A DNA stretch of 20,000 nt from Chthonomonadaceae bacterium. Its GTDB lineage: Bacteria; Armatimonadota; Chthonomonadetes; Chthonomonadales; Chthonomonadaceae. Below are positions 7,079 through 15,678 of this stretch, one piece after another. Below the pieces are notes generated by a model. That model was given only the letters and a program-made list of their open reading frames with translations. It was not told where the DNA came from and did no database searches. Numbering within the stretch: position 1 is the stretch's first letter; each line of letters begins with the position of its first letter. Location: positions 46,507 through 66,506 of the forward strand of contig DASRGZ010000040.1 in assembly GCA_035650735.1 (NCBI GenBank). Direction: 5' to 3'. The translations under genes were made by a program, and so were the position numbers.

Positions 7079-10042
7079 TTACCGGCCTGGCGATGGCGGC
7101 GGGCTGCCGCTCTTCGAAGAACTGGGCGCTTCGGATTTCTCCGGCCCTGGCTGCTTCTGGTCGGTCTCCGCGGGCTTGAGGTTGCGCTTTGGATCCAGGT
7201 TGGGCTGCTGCTTGGGCAGGTCGGGCAACTGCTTGATGATGCTGGCCCCCTGCTTGCGGGTCATCTCGCGCGCCTCCGCGGCGCTATTAATGACATGGGG
7301 CGTGATAAAGATCATCAGCTCCGTTTTGTTGCGCACCTTCTGGCGGGAGCGGAAGAACTGGCCGATCAACGGTATCTCCGACAGGATCGGGATTTTGGTG
7401 ACGTTGAGCGAGTCGCTGTCGCGAATCAGGCCGCCGATGACGATGGTGTCGCCATCCTGGACCGTGACCGCCGTATCGGTGTAGCGGTCATCAACCACCG
7501 GGGCGCGGATCGCGCTGACGCCCGTGCCCAGAATGTCGAAGCGGAGCAGATCGCTGGCCTCCTGCTGCACCTCAATCGTCACCAGGCCCTCTCGGGTGAT
7601 GCGGGGAATGACGTTGAGGATGATGCCGACGTTCAGGAAGTCAAGTTCGTTGCTGACCGTCGTATTGATGAAGCCGTTGGCATTCTGGCCCTGCACGTAG
7701 GGAATATTGGTCGTGATGTCAATTTCGGCTTCCTGGTTATTGCCGGTAAAGATGCGCGGCGTGGAGAGGACTTTAACCTTGCTATCCGAGGTGAGCGCCT
7801 GGATCAGCGCGTCATAGTTGGCGCCATGCAGGACGAACTGCCCGCCGGTCGCCAGCGGATCGAAGGTCGGGCTGAATCCCTGCGCCGGCAGATTGATAGC
7901 TCCCTGGGCGTTATTGTTGCCGCTGAAGAGCCGGAAGAACTTGCCGCTCAGCGCCAGCCCGGTTCTCTGGTCCGAATCCAGGGTCACTTCGGCGATAATG
8001 GCCTCGATCATGACCTGGCGCGGCACCACGTCCAGCGCCTCGATGATCTCTTTGACGGCCTGATAGTTGTCCGGGGTTGTGGTGACGATGAGGCTGTCGC
8101 CGCCGGGAGACGCGGTGACGAAGACGTTGTTCTGTAACTGCAACAGGTTGGAGTAGGTGCCGGTGCGTCCCCGTCCATACTGCGGCCCGCCGCCCTGCCC
8201 GATGCCGCGCCGCCGCCCGAAGCCGTAATCGTAGTATTGGCGCGTGCGCTCCTTCTCCTGGCCATCGCGCGGATCGTCCCCCTCGCTATCGGGCGGAGAG
8301 ACATCTCCGGGCGGCACTCCTCCGGACGCCTGGGCTGCGCTCGGGGGCGGCGCGGCCCTCCCATCGGGTCGCGTCGCGGATCGGAAGGGATTGTTGTTGT
8401 TCTGGCTGCCCAGACGCCGCTGGATGCGCTGGCGGCGGCCTCCCCGGTTCCCCTGGCCGCCACCTCCAAAGAAGAAGAAGCCACCGAAGGGATTGAAGTT
8501 ATTTTGCGCCGTGTTGAACGCCTGGCTTAGCGCATAGGCCACGTCGTCGGCCTGGGCGTTCTTGAGCGGAATGACGAAGGTGGTCGGTTCCACCGGCACA
8601 TCCACGTCCAACTGGTCAATCAACTGCTCGATTTCGGGCATCCGCTCTGCCGAGGCCGTGAGCAGCAGAGTGTTGGTGCGCGGGTCGGCGACGACCTTGC
8701 CGAAGGGATCGGCACTGGTTACCGTCTGCGTCTGGGGCTGCTCCCCGCCGAAGCCGCCGAAGGCGCGCGCCTGAAACGAGGCGCCGGCCGGGTTCGGATT
8801 GGCCGACCCACCGACATGCATATTGGTCAGCACGCTATTGATGAGGTTGGCCACGGTCACGGCATCGGCATACTTAATCTTGCGGGTTTTGGTCTGGAGC
8901 GTGTTGGCCTCGTCGCCATCGAGCGCCTGGATGATCTTGCGGGAGATCTCGTCCTGGTTATCCGGCGAGGCGACGACGATGACGGAGTTGGTGCGGGCAT
9001 CCGCTACGGCCACCACGGCAGGCCGTCCGCTGCCCATCGGCGCGGGCTGGCCCGGCTGCGGCGGAGGGGGCTGGGGCTGGCCGGGCTGCGGCGGGGCGCC
9101 ACGGCCGCGCGTGGTGGTCTGCTTGTAGATGTTGGTGATGATGTCGGCGACGACGGTGGCCTCGGCGTGTCGGAGCGGATAGATGCGCATCTCCGTCCGG
9201 TTGGAGGTTTTGTCCAGGGCATCCACCAGCTTGATAAAACGCTGGACGTTGCTGGCCGTGTCGGTGACGATCAGGGCGTTGGAGCCGGCGCTGCCGATTA
9301 GGCTGGCACCCTTGTTGATGAGCGGCATCAGCTCTTTGGACAGCGCCTCAGCGTCCACGTTCTCCAGGGGGATCACCTGGGTCATCACCTGATCGCGCGC
9401 ATCAATCGTGCCCGGCTTGACATCCGGATTGACCAACGGCGTACTGCCCACAGCCCGGTCCAGCGGCACGATACGCAGCACCATCCCGTCCTGAATGGCG
9501 GTAAAGCCGCGCACGAATAGCACCGACTGCAAAATCTTGAACGCCTCGTCCAGCGTCACCTGCTTGGGATTGATGATGGTGACCTGGCCGGTCAGGGCCG
9601 GATCTTTGGTGACCGTCAGGTTGGAGACGCGCGCATAGAACTGCAAGACGTTGTCAATATCGGAGCCATGAAAGTCAAAGGAGAAGATCGCGCCCGCCGC
9701 CATCGGGGCGACGCCGCCTCCGCCGGCGGGGTTCGGCGCGGCGGCGACCGGCTGCGCGCCGGCAGGCATGGGCGGCAGCGCCGGTTTTCCACCGGGCGGC
9801 GCGGCCTGCTGCCGGGACATGGGCACGACGCGCAGTGTCGGCCCATTCCGCTTTTTGGATGTTTTCTTGCCTTTGCTCTGCGCGGCGCGCGTCCCCTTGC
9901 GCGGCGCGCGCGACGGCTGTGCCTCCTGCGCGGCCGTGCCCGTAAGCGGAAGGATCAGGCTGGCCGTCAAGGCAGCAAGCCCGGCCCTGGTCCAGAAGTC
10001 CCGTCTCCAGGACGGCGCGGCATATTTGAATCGTTTCCCCAT
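7079..10042 (-). CDS. gspD: Type II secretion system secretin GspD, about 987 aa
   Basis: Signal peptide, N0 domain (FSFDFHGSDIDNVLQF), repeated N-domains (IPL...A..DARTNS), secretin core QVMIEAIIAEV, KVLSTPRI, GIILNVIPRI, VQDGDTIVIGGLI, KIPILSEIPLIGQFFRS, TELMIFITPHVI. Start placed at ATG 10042 (AGGAAGGA upstream) rather than 10072. Confidence 0.93.
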   Translation of the reverse strand: MGKRFKYAAPSWRRDFWTRAGLAALTASLILPLTGTAAQEAQPSRAPRKGTRAAQSKGKKTSKKRNGPTLRVVPMSRQQAAPPGGKPALPPMPAGAQPVAAAPNPAGGGGVAPMAAGAIFSFDFHGSDIDNVLQFYARVSNLTVTKDPALTGQVTIINPKQVTLDEAFKILQSVLFVRGFTAIQDGMVLRIVPLDRAVGSTPLVNPDVKPGTIDARDQVMTQVIPLENVDAEALSKELMPLINKGASLIGSAGSNALIVTDTASNVQRFIKLVDALDKTSNRTEMRIYPLRHAEATVVADIITNIYKQTTTRGRGAPPQPGQPQPPPPQPGQPAPMGSGRPAVVAVADARTNSVIVVASPDNQDEISRKIIQALDGDEANTLQTKTRKIKYADAVTVANLINSVLTNMHVGGSANPNPAGASFQARAFGGFGGEQPQTQTVTSADPFGKVVADPRTNTLLLTASAERMPEIEQLIDQLDVDVPVEPTTFVIPLKNAQADDVAYALSQAFNTAQNNFNPFGGFFFFGGGGQGNRGGRRQRIQRRLGSQNNNNPFRSATRPDGRAAPPPSAAQASGGVPPGDVSPPDSEGDDPRDGQEKERTRQYYDYGFGRRRGIGQGGGPQYGRGRTGTYSNLLQLQNNVFVTASPGGDSLIVTTTPDNYQAVKEIIEALDVVPRQVMIEAIIAEVTLDSDQRTGLALSGKFFRLFSGNNNAQGAINLPAQGFSPTFDPLATGGQFVLHGANYDALIQALTSDSKVKVLSTPRIFTGNNQEAEIDITTNIPYVQGQNANGFINTTVSNELDFLNVGIILNVIPRITREGLVTIEVQQEASDLLRFDILGTGVSAIRAPVVDDRYTDTAVTVQDGDTIVIGGLIRDSDSLNVTKIPILSEIPLIGQFFRSRQKVRNKTELMIFITPHVINSAAEAREMTRKQGASIIKQLPDLPKQQPNLDPKRNLKPAETDQKQPGPEKSEAPSSSKSGSPPPSPGR

Positions 10043-10082
10043 GCTTTCCTTCCTATTTCCCCTAAGGCCCACACCCCTCGTG

Positions 10083-10922
10083 CTAACGGTTAAAAGTCCT
10101 ATCCAGGATGCGCTCCCGGCGCTGGGCCTGTCTGGCGTTGAGCACGCGGCCGTTGGAGAGCGTTACCGGTCCATTGGGTGCCGGCGCATTGGCGGGTGGA
10201 GGACCCCCTGGCGGGGGCGGCGTTCCGGGCTGGCCTCCGGGTTGTCCTCCCGGCTGCCCCGGCTGGCCGGGCTGGCCGCCGCTATTCAGAAAGTCCGCGC
10301 TCTTATCCAGGGGCGTGACGGTAATCCGGTCGGATTTGGCCAGACGGGTCGTGTTGCCGCCGGCCATCAGAGTCACCTCCTGATCGGTGATGTTGGACAC
10401 CTGCGCGCCGAGGAAGCTCTCGCCGACCTGAACGTAGTGGCCCTCTTTGGTCTTGGGGTTCTCCAGCAGCGCCATCAGGGTATCGCCGATATGGACCGTT
10501 CCCGTATAGGCCCAGTCCGCGAACGGATTGATCGGCGCGACGGGAACCATAGGGGCGGGCGGCGGAGGCGGCGGGGCCGGGCGCTTCCTGATGTGAACCG
10601 GCTTCGGTTTGGGCGGCGGAGGCGGCTGCGGCGCGCTGAACAGGCTGCTGCGTACCTCGCCGGTATAGAAGGAGAGAGGCCGCCGGGAGGGCGGCGCGGG
10701 GGAAGGCTCTACAGTTAGCCCGGCGCTGCTTTCCGCGTTCTGCGCCGTGGCGCCCTTGTTGGCTGGGGCCGCGGACGCCGGGCGGTTCTGCGCGCCGTTG
10801 GGCCGTGCCACGCCGACCAGGATGAGCGCCGTGACGCCAACGACCAGCGCCGCGCCTCCTACCGGGAAGGTTTTGCCTGGGCGCAGTGCCCTCTGCGCTT
10901 TAATCCACTGTATTTGCAGCAC
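10083..10922 (-). CDS. GspC/PilP-like T2SS inner-membrane protein, about 279 aa
   Basis: One TM segment, Pro-rich linker, then an HR-like beta domain (WAYTGTV..ALLEN..GHYVQVGESFLGAQVSNITDQEVTL). Located between gspM and gspD. Start placed at GTG 10922 (AAGGAGG 8 nt upstream) rather than 10997. Confidence 0.7.
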   Translation of the reverse strand: MLQIQWIKAQRALRPGKTFPVGGAALVVGVTALILVGVARPNGAQNRPASAAPANKGATAQNAESSAGLTVEPSPAPPSRRPLSFYTGEVRSSLFSAPQPPPPPKPKPVHIRKRPAPPPPPPAPMVPVAPINPFADWAYTGTVHIGDTLMALLENPKTKEGHYVQVGESFLGAQVSNITDQEVTLMAGGNTTRLAKSDRITVTPLDKSADFLNSGGQPGQPGQPGGQPGGQPGTPPPPGGPPPANAPAPNGPVTLSNGRVLNARQAQRRERILDRTFNR

Positions 10923-11493
10923 TCTTCTGCCCTCCTTCTGCGCCGGCAGCCGCTCCTGCGGTCCAGGTTGTGAACGCCGCGATCTCGGCGGAGACATCCA
11001 CCGTCTTCAATTTCTGATCCGTCGAGGTCAGGGCGAGCTTGTCCACGGTCATCTTGCCGGCCGGGTCTTCGACAAAGTAGAGGAACTTCATGACGTTGGG
11101 CTGGAACGGCGCGGTAAAGCGCACCTCCAGCGGCACCTGGGTGCCGGAGGCTGTCGCAAGATCATGCGGGCGCAGGGGCTTGATCTCGCGCAGGTGAACG
11201 CCCGCCCGGTCGGCCAGGCGGTTCAGGTCGCGGATAAGACGCGGCACCAGCGAATCCGGCGGCAGGTCGTAGGCCTGGCGCGCGATTCGAGGCTCCAGGG
11301 CAGCCTGGTCGTCGCTTAGCTGCGCGATCTGGCGCAGCGCGGCCCGATACGCCTGCTCGGCCCGGGCGGGCGGCAACAGCGCGCTCTGCCCGGCGGGCGT
11401 CGGGGGCGGATGGAGCTGCAGCCAGACCGCCGCGCCCACCACCACCGAACACAAAACGATCAAGACCTGCTCTCGCTTATGGAGACGGCGCAT
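10900..11493 (-). CDS. gspM: GspM/PilO-like T2SS protein, 197 aa
   Basis: N-terminal L.KREQVL followed by a TM segment, coiled coil, and a ferredoxin-like C-terminus (LNRLADRAGVHLREIKP...VMKFLYFVE...VDKLAL). Follows gspL. Confidence 0.8.
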   Translation of the reverse strand: MRRLHKREQVLIVLCSVVVGAAVWLQLHPPPTPAGQSALLPPARAEQAYRAALRQIAQLSDDQAALEPRIARQAYDLPPDSLVPRLIRDLNRLADRAGVHLREIKPLRPHDLATASGTQVPLEVRFTAPFQPNVMKFLYFVEDPAGKMTVDKLALTSTDQKLKTVDVSAEIAAFTTWTAGAAAGAEGGQKSAANTVD

Positions 11494-13495
11494 GGTTTGC
11501 TCCCGGAACGGCTGCTGTGCGCTTGCCCGTCTGCGCCAGCGCGCTCTCTGTCGGTTTTTCGCCTGTGGGCGCGGGCGCTCCGGTCAGGAGGCTGGGCGCG
11601 CCGGGGTTGAGGCGGCAGGTGATAACAAAGCTGGTCAGGGGAGGCCGCGCCGGGACCGTTCCCTTCTTGGGCGCCGGAGCGGACTTCTTGACGTGCGGCG
11701 CCGGAGGCTTGCCACCTAGCGTGGGGCCGCGCGTTTCTGGCGCCGAATGCCCTCTGGCCTGAAGAGCCGGGCCTCCGGGTGCCGGACCTGGCGACCCCGG
11801 CCCTGCCGGAGCGGCGTTGGGCAGCGTTCCCGGCGGCGGGCTGGCAGGCGCCGCATTGGGAGGTGGGCTGCCGGGCACAGGCGTCCCCGCAGGCGTTCCC
11901 GCGGGCGTCCCCGGATGGATGCCGGGCGGCGCGGGAGCGCCAGGCATGCCGGGCAGCGTCGTTGTAGCCGCGGAGGCAGGCGACCCCGTCGCGCTCTCAC
12001 CGGGCGCTTTCGTCGTCGGACGGCTGGCTGGCGTTTTCTCTTCCTGCGCGTCGCCCAGATATCCGATCCGTACCTCCGAGAAGGCGCCGGACTGCTGGAG
12101 GCGAATCACGAGGTCGGTGGCTGCCAGGGCGGAGCGGGTGTTGCCGCGCAGGGTGAGCAGCCCGCCGCGATCAAACTCAAACTGCGTCAGCCAGATGTCG
12201 GTGGATTTGGGCAGCGCCATGTTGACCGCCGCCAGCACATCCACCGTCGGGTGGTTGCGATCCAGGGCGGAGGCCAGCGCCGCCTCCTGCGCCTGCAAGC
12301 GGTTGTAGGATCTCTGTCGCGCGTCCAGCCGCGCCTGGACATCGCTCAGCTTCGCGTTGGCCGTCTGTGTTCTTTCCTTAAGCTCTCTCTGCGCCGCCAG
12401 GGAGCGCGAGAACATAATGCCAAAGACGGCAAGCAGCCCTACAGCCGCGAGGCCCACGGCAATCCGCGCTTTGCGCCGCCGCTCCAGCGCCCGGCGCTCG
12501 GCACGCTCGTCCGGCACCAGGTTGATCGGCGCCAGGCCGACCCCGGCGCCCTGCAGGGCCATGCCGATGGCCGTGGCGTAGGCCGGCGCATCAGGATCGC
12601 CGGGCGGCAGGAGGCGACTCTGGAACCGCGCCACCGGCATCTCCAGCATCTCGCTCAGGGCGCGCTGCAGGGCCTCCGCCTCCGGCCCTACCGCGCTCAC
12701 GCCGCTCAGATAGACATGCACCAGCGGGTGGTGCCGGAACTCGTTCTGGTAGGCGGTGAAAGAGCGCACGACCTCTTCGGCCATGCGCACGCGCACGGAC
12801 TCCGCATCTCTGCCGGCCAGCGCAAACGCGGCGGCGCGGGTGAACAGCAGCCGCCCATTCGCCACGACGACGGCATCCATCTCGCCGGGCTTGAGGTCAA
12901 TGAGCGCGGTCGGCTCCAGGGCATCGCGGATATTTTCCGCCAGTGCCAGGGCCGAGACCGATAGGCGGCACAGTTCCAGCCCGGCCCGGTCGAAGATGGC
13001 CAGGACTTCCGTGATCAGCGTGCGCCGCGCCGCCGCGATCAGCACCGTCTCCAGGTTATCGCCTTCGGCCGCGGCCAGGCCCGCCGCCGGCTCGGCCAGG
13101 ACGTGATAATCCAGCACAACCTCATCGCGGGGAAAGGGAATGTACTGCTGGGCCTCAAAATCCACCATGCCCCGCATCTGCTCGGGGGTTCCGGCGGGCA
13201 ACTGCGCGAATCGCAGCGTCACCAGGCGGCGCGGCAGGCAGGCCACGACCGTCTTGCTCGCGATTCCGGCGCCGGAGAGCGCGACGCGCAGGGCCTCAGC
13301 AAAGGCATCATGGTGGGCGGCGAGATTACTCCAGGCGTGGGGCGGCAGGGGCGCCGTCCCGCGCCGCAGGACGCGCATGCCTTCCTTTCCCCCTAAGCCT
13401 TCCAGTTCGACCACGCGCACGGCAGCCGCGCCCAGGTCTATGGCGGTGGTATGTGCCGTCGTGCCCGCGCGGCGCGCGGGCGGTCTTAGCCCCAA
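11477..13495 (-). CDS. gspL: GspL-like protein (PilM actin-like domain fused to TM and PilN domain), 672 aa
   Basis: AIDLGAAAVRVVEL, FEAQQYIPF..DEVVLDY, INLVP motif before the TM segment, PilN-like ALPKSTDIWLTQFEFD..LTLRG..LQQSGAFSEV. TTG start with AGGAGG at 13506-13501. Confidence 0.82.
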   Translation of the reverse strand: MGLRPPARRAGTTAHTTAIDLGAAAVRVVELEGLGGKEGMRVLRRGTAPLPPHAWSNLAAHHDAFAEALRVALSGAGIASKTVVACLPRRLVTLRFAQLPAGTPEQMRGMVDFEAQQYIPFPRDEVVLDYHVLAEPAAGLAAAEGDNLETVLIAAARRTLITEVLAIFDRAGLELCRLSVSALALAENIRDALEPTALIDLKPGEMDAVVVANGRLLFTRAAAFALAGRDAESVRVRMAEEVVRSFTAYQNEFRHHPLVHVYLSGVSAVGPEAEALQRALSEMLEMPVARFQSRLLPPGDPDAPAYATAIGMALQGAGVGLAPINLVPDERAERRALERRRKARIAVGLAAVGLLAVFGIMFSRSLAAQRELKERTQTANAKLSDVQARLDARQRSYNRLQAQEAALASALDRNHPTVDVLAAVNMALPKSTDIWLTQFEFDRGGLLTLRGNTRSALAATDLVIRLQQSGAFSEVRIGYLGDAQEEKTPASRPTTKAPGESATGSPASAATTTLPGMPGAPAPPGIHPGTPAGTPAGTPVPGSPPPNAAPASPPPGTLPNAAPAGPGSPGPAPGGPALQARGHSAPETRGPTLGGKPPAPHVKKSAPAPKKGTVPARPPLTSFVITCRLNPGAPSLLTGAPAPTGEKPTESALAQTGKRTAAVPGANHAPSP

Positions 13496-13507
13496 ACTGT
13501 CCTCCTG

Positions 13508-15670
13508 TTATGGCCCCGTATCATCGCTATCGGGGGCCGCTTCGGTGCTGCCGCCCGAGGTCGGAGTCGGTAGCTGCGGTGGGGAGGTCCAGGATGACCA
13601 TCCCGGATAGCGCGGGACTTCCCGCCATTGCAGCACGCGCGGCCCGTTCTCCGTCAGCTCCGCCAGCGCCGAGACCGCATATACGCCTGGCTGACCCGGC
13701 ACGCGCACCTTGATATGCACCCTATAGACGGAAGATTTCGTGCAGAGATGCCCGATCACGGCTTCATACTGCTCGCGCGTGATGTTTTGCAACTGAAAGA
13801 GATCGCCCAGCGACTGAAACGCCTGCCCGCCCTGTCGGTAGCTCAGGATGGCGTCCAGCAGCGCGCGGTCCATGCCCGGCACCGTCGCCAGCACTTCGGG
13901 CGGGGCGGTGTTGATGTTGACGACGTTTTCCCGGTAGGTTGTGTCCTCGGTGGTGATGCGGTCGGCGATATCGGCCATCACCGTCCGGGTAAAGCCCCGT
14001 ACCTCCAGCAGGTCGGCGATGGTGCGGAACGCCTGGCTCTGCCCACCGCCGCTACTGCTGCTGCCCGGGCTATTGCCGCCGGGAGCGCCGCCGTTCCCGC
14101 CGGGGGTATTGCCGCCCGATCCCGGCCCACCGCTGCCCGCATTGTTGCCCGCCGGCGGGCTATTTCCGCCAGAATTGGGACCGCCGCCCAATCCTAGCTG
14201 CCGGGTGACGCCCCGGCGCGGTCGGCCCAGCAAGCCCCCGGACTCCATCTGTAGCCCCGGCCTGTTGCCGTTCCCGCCCAATCCCGGCCTACCGTTGCCC
14301 GGGACGTTACCAGGCGGCGGGCCGCTGGGCGCTCCATTGCCCTGGCTGGGAGGCGGCCCTCCACCGGGCTGGGGTTGGCCTCCGAAGCCGCCCGTACCGC
14401 CGTTGCGGTAGTCTATCAGGCGGCGGGCCAGCTGCGCGGGTAGCCCGAGCTTCTGCTGAAGATCCTGGGCGCTGGCGGTATTGATGTTGACGCGCGGCGA
14501 GCCGTCGGAGGCGACGTTGCGCTCGCGGGCGTAGGTCGTCAGCAACTCGGCCAGCGGGAACGTGCTGTTGGCGAAGATGTCGTCAAAATCGCTGTTTCCG
14601 CCCGACGGCGGCGGATTGTTAGGGTTCGGCGGGCCGTTCCCCGGCGGATTGGGCGGGGAGCCGGGTAGGCCGGGCTGATGAGGGCCGTTCGGCTGTGGGG
14701 CCTGCCGCGTGGTTCCATCCTCATAACCGCCCGGCATCGCGCCCCCGTTCGCCTGCGCCGCCTGGCCCGGCGCTGCCGATGTCGGGTTGCCGGAGGGAGC
14801 GTTATAGAGCAGCGCGGGCGTCATGCCCCGCACAAGCAGCAGTTCCTCCACCGTATCGAACGGCGCCCCTTTGGCGCTGTAGGGCGTGGGCAGCGATTGA
14901 TAGTAATCCGACGCGCCGCCGCTGGCGGAGGATTGATCACTCGAATGGCGCCAATCCAGGATGGCGGTTATCAGGTCCTCCTGGTCACTCAGGGTCGGCA
15001 GACGCCTGAGCGTCGCCTCGTCCGCCGTATTCAGGTTGATCAGCCCGGCGGTATCTACGGCCTCGATCTTGACCCAGGCATCCCCGACCGGCATCCAGCC
15101 GTTGGCGTCGGTATCCGCCACCGGGGGGATGACACCGTAGGTGGCGCCGTTGTTGCTGGTCTGCGCCAGGGCGCTCAGGGCGTAGTTGAGCGCGCCGCGC
15201 GCGGCATAGAAGCGCTCTACCTGCGCGCTCTCGCGGGCCGCCGCCCGTACCTCGCGCCGCGCCGAGGTCGCAAAAGTCACGGCCACCGCAGTCAAAATCA
15301 GCACGACGAAGACCACTGGCACGAGCGCCTGCCCTCGCCGTATCCCACCAGTGGCCCTGTTGTCACCATACTGCCGTGAAAACAGGCCCCCATCCCGTCC
15401 TGCGGCCACCCACTGCCAGGGTCGGCGCTCAACGGACTGCCAGGGGCGGGCCTGCAATGGACTGCCAGGGTCGGCAGGGTTACGGCCCCTGCCTCCGCCT
15501 TGCGACACCTTGCGACACGGCTCTGCCTTGCGACAGCCCGCCGCCTGGCTATCCCCAAGGACAGGGGAGGGGAGAGACCTCACCCCCGGCCCCTCTCCTT
15601 TAGAAGGAGAGGGGAGAGGCGTTCTCATGCGAGTGGATGAATACCTGTTTATGGAGCCTCTTGCGTGCAT
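13508..15670 (-). CDS. gspK: Minor pseudopilin GspK with HhH-like repeats; start uncertain
   Basis: Prepilin site RRG|QALVPVVFVVLIL without Glu5 (typical of GspK), A.YAARGA, D.AGLINLN, AILDWR, DYYQSLPTPY.AKGAPFDTVEELLLVRGMT, VNINTA repeats. The first ~110 codons overlap DNA repeats, so the start is doubtful. Confidence 0.85.
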   Translation of the reverse strand: MHARGSINRYSSTRMRTPLPSPSKGEGPGVRSLPSPVLGDSQAAGCRKAEPCRKVSQGGGRGRNPADPGSPLQARPWQSVERRPWQWVAAGRDGGLFSRQYGDNRATGGIRRGQALVPVVFVVLILTAVAVTFATSARREVRAAARESAQVERFYAARGALNYALSALAQTSNNGATYGVIPPVADTDANGWMPVGDAWVKIEAVDTAGLINLNTADEATLRRLPTLSDQEDLITAILDWRHSSDQSSASGGASDYYQSLPTPYSAKGAPFDTVEELLLVRGMTPALLYNAPSGNPTSAAPGQAAQANGGAMPGGYEDGTTRQAPQPNGPHQPGLPGSPPNPPGNGPPNPNNPPPSGGNSDFDDIFANSTFPLAELLTTYARERNVASDGSPRVNINTASAQDLQQKLGLPAQLARRLIDYRNGGTGGFGGQPQPGGGPPPSQGNGAPSGPPPGNVPGNGRPGLGGNGNRPGLQMESGGLLGRPRRGVTRQLGLGGGPNSGGNSPPAGNNAGSGGPGSGGNTPGGNGGAPGGNSPGSSSSGGGQSQAFRTIADLLEVRGFTRTVMADIADRITTEDTTYRENVVNINTAPPEVLATVPGMDRALLDAILSYRQGGQAFQSLGDLFQLQNITREQYEAVIGHLCTKSSVYRVHIKVRVPGQPGVYAVSALAELTENGPRVLQWREVPRYPGWSSWTSPPQLPTPTSGGSTEAAPDSDDTGP
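15412..15535. repeat. Two short repeat families in the gspK 5' region
   Basis: ACTGCCAGGG at 15412, 15436, 15461; CCTTGCGACA at 15498, 15508, 15526; hairpin GGCAGGG...CCCTGCC at 15473-15493. Confidence 0.7.
15549..15616. repeat. REP-like palindromic element CCTCACCCCCGGCCCCTCTCC...GGAGAGGGG, one full and one degenerate copy
   Basis: Perfect 11-bp stem CCCCTCTCCTT-TAG-AAGGAGAGGGG at 15590-15614, preceded by CCTCACCCCCGG. Degenerate copy TCCCC-AAGGACA-GGGGAGGGG at about 15549-15572. Confidence 0.7.
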
Positions 15671-15678
15671 CGTCTTGT

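Noticed and set aside
9768..12964. Long plus-strand ORFs 9768..10718 and 11747..12964
   Set aside because: Arg/Gly-rich antisense shadows of the Pro-rich gsp genes.
15412..15535. Mini CRISPR array
   Set aside because: Repeats are only about 10 bp with 0-15 bp gaps, and there are no cas genes.
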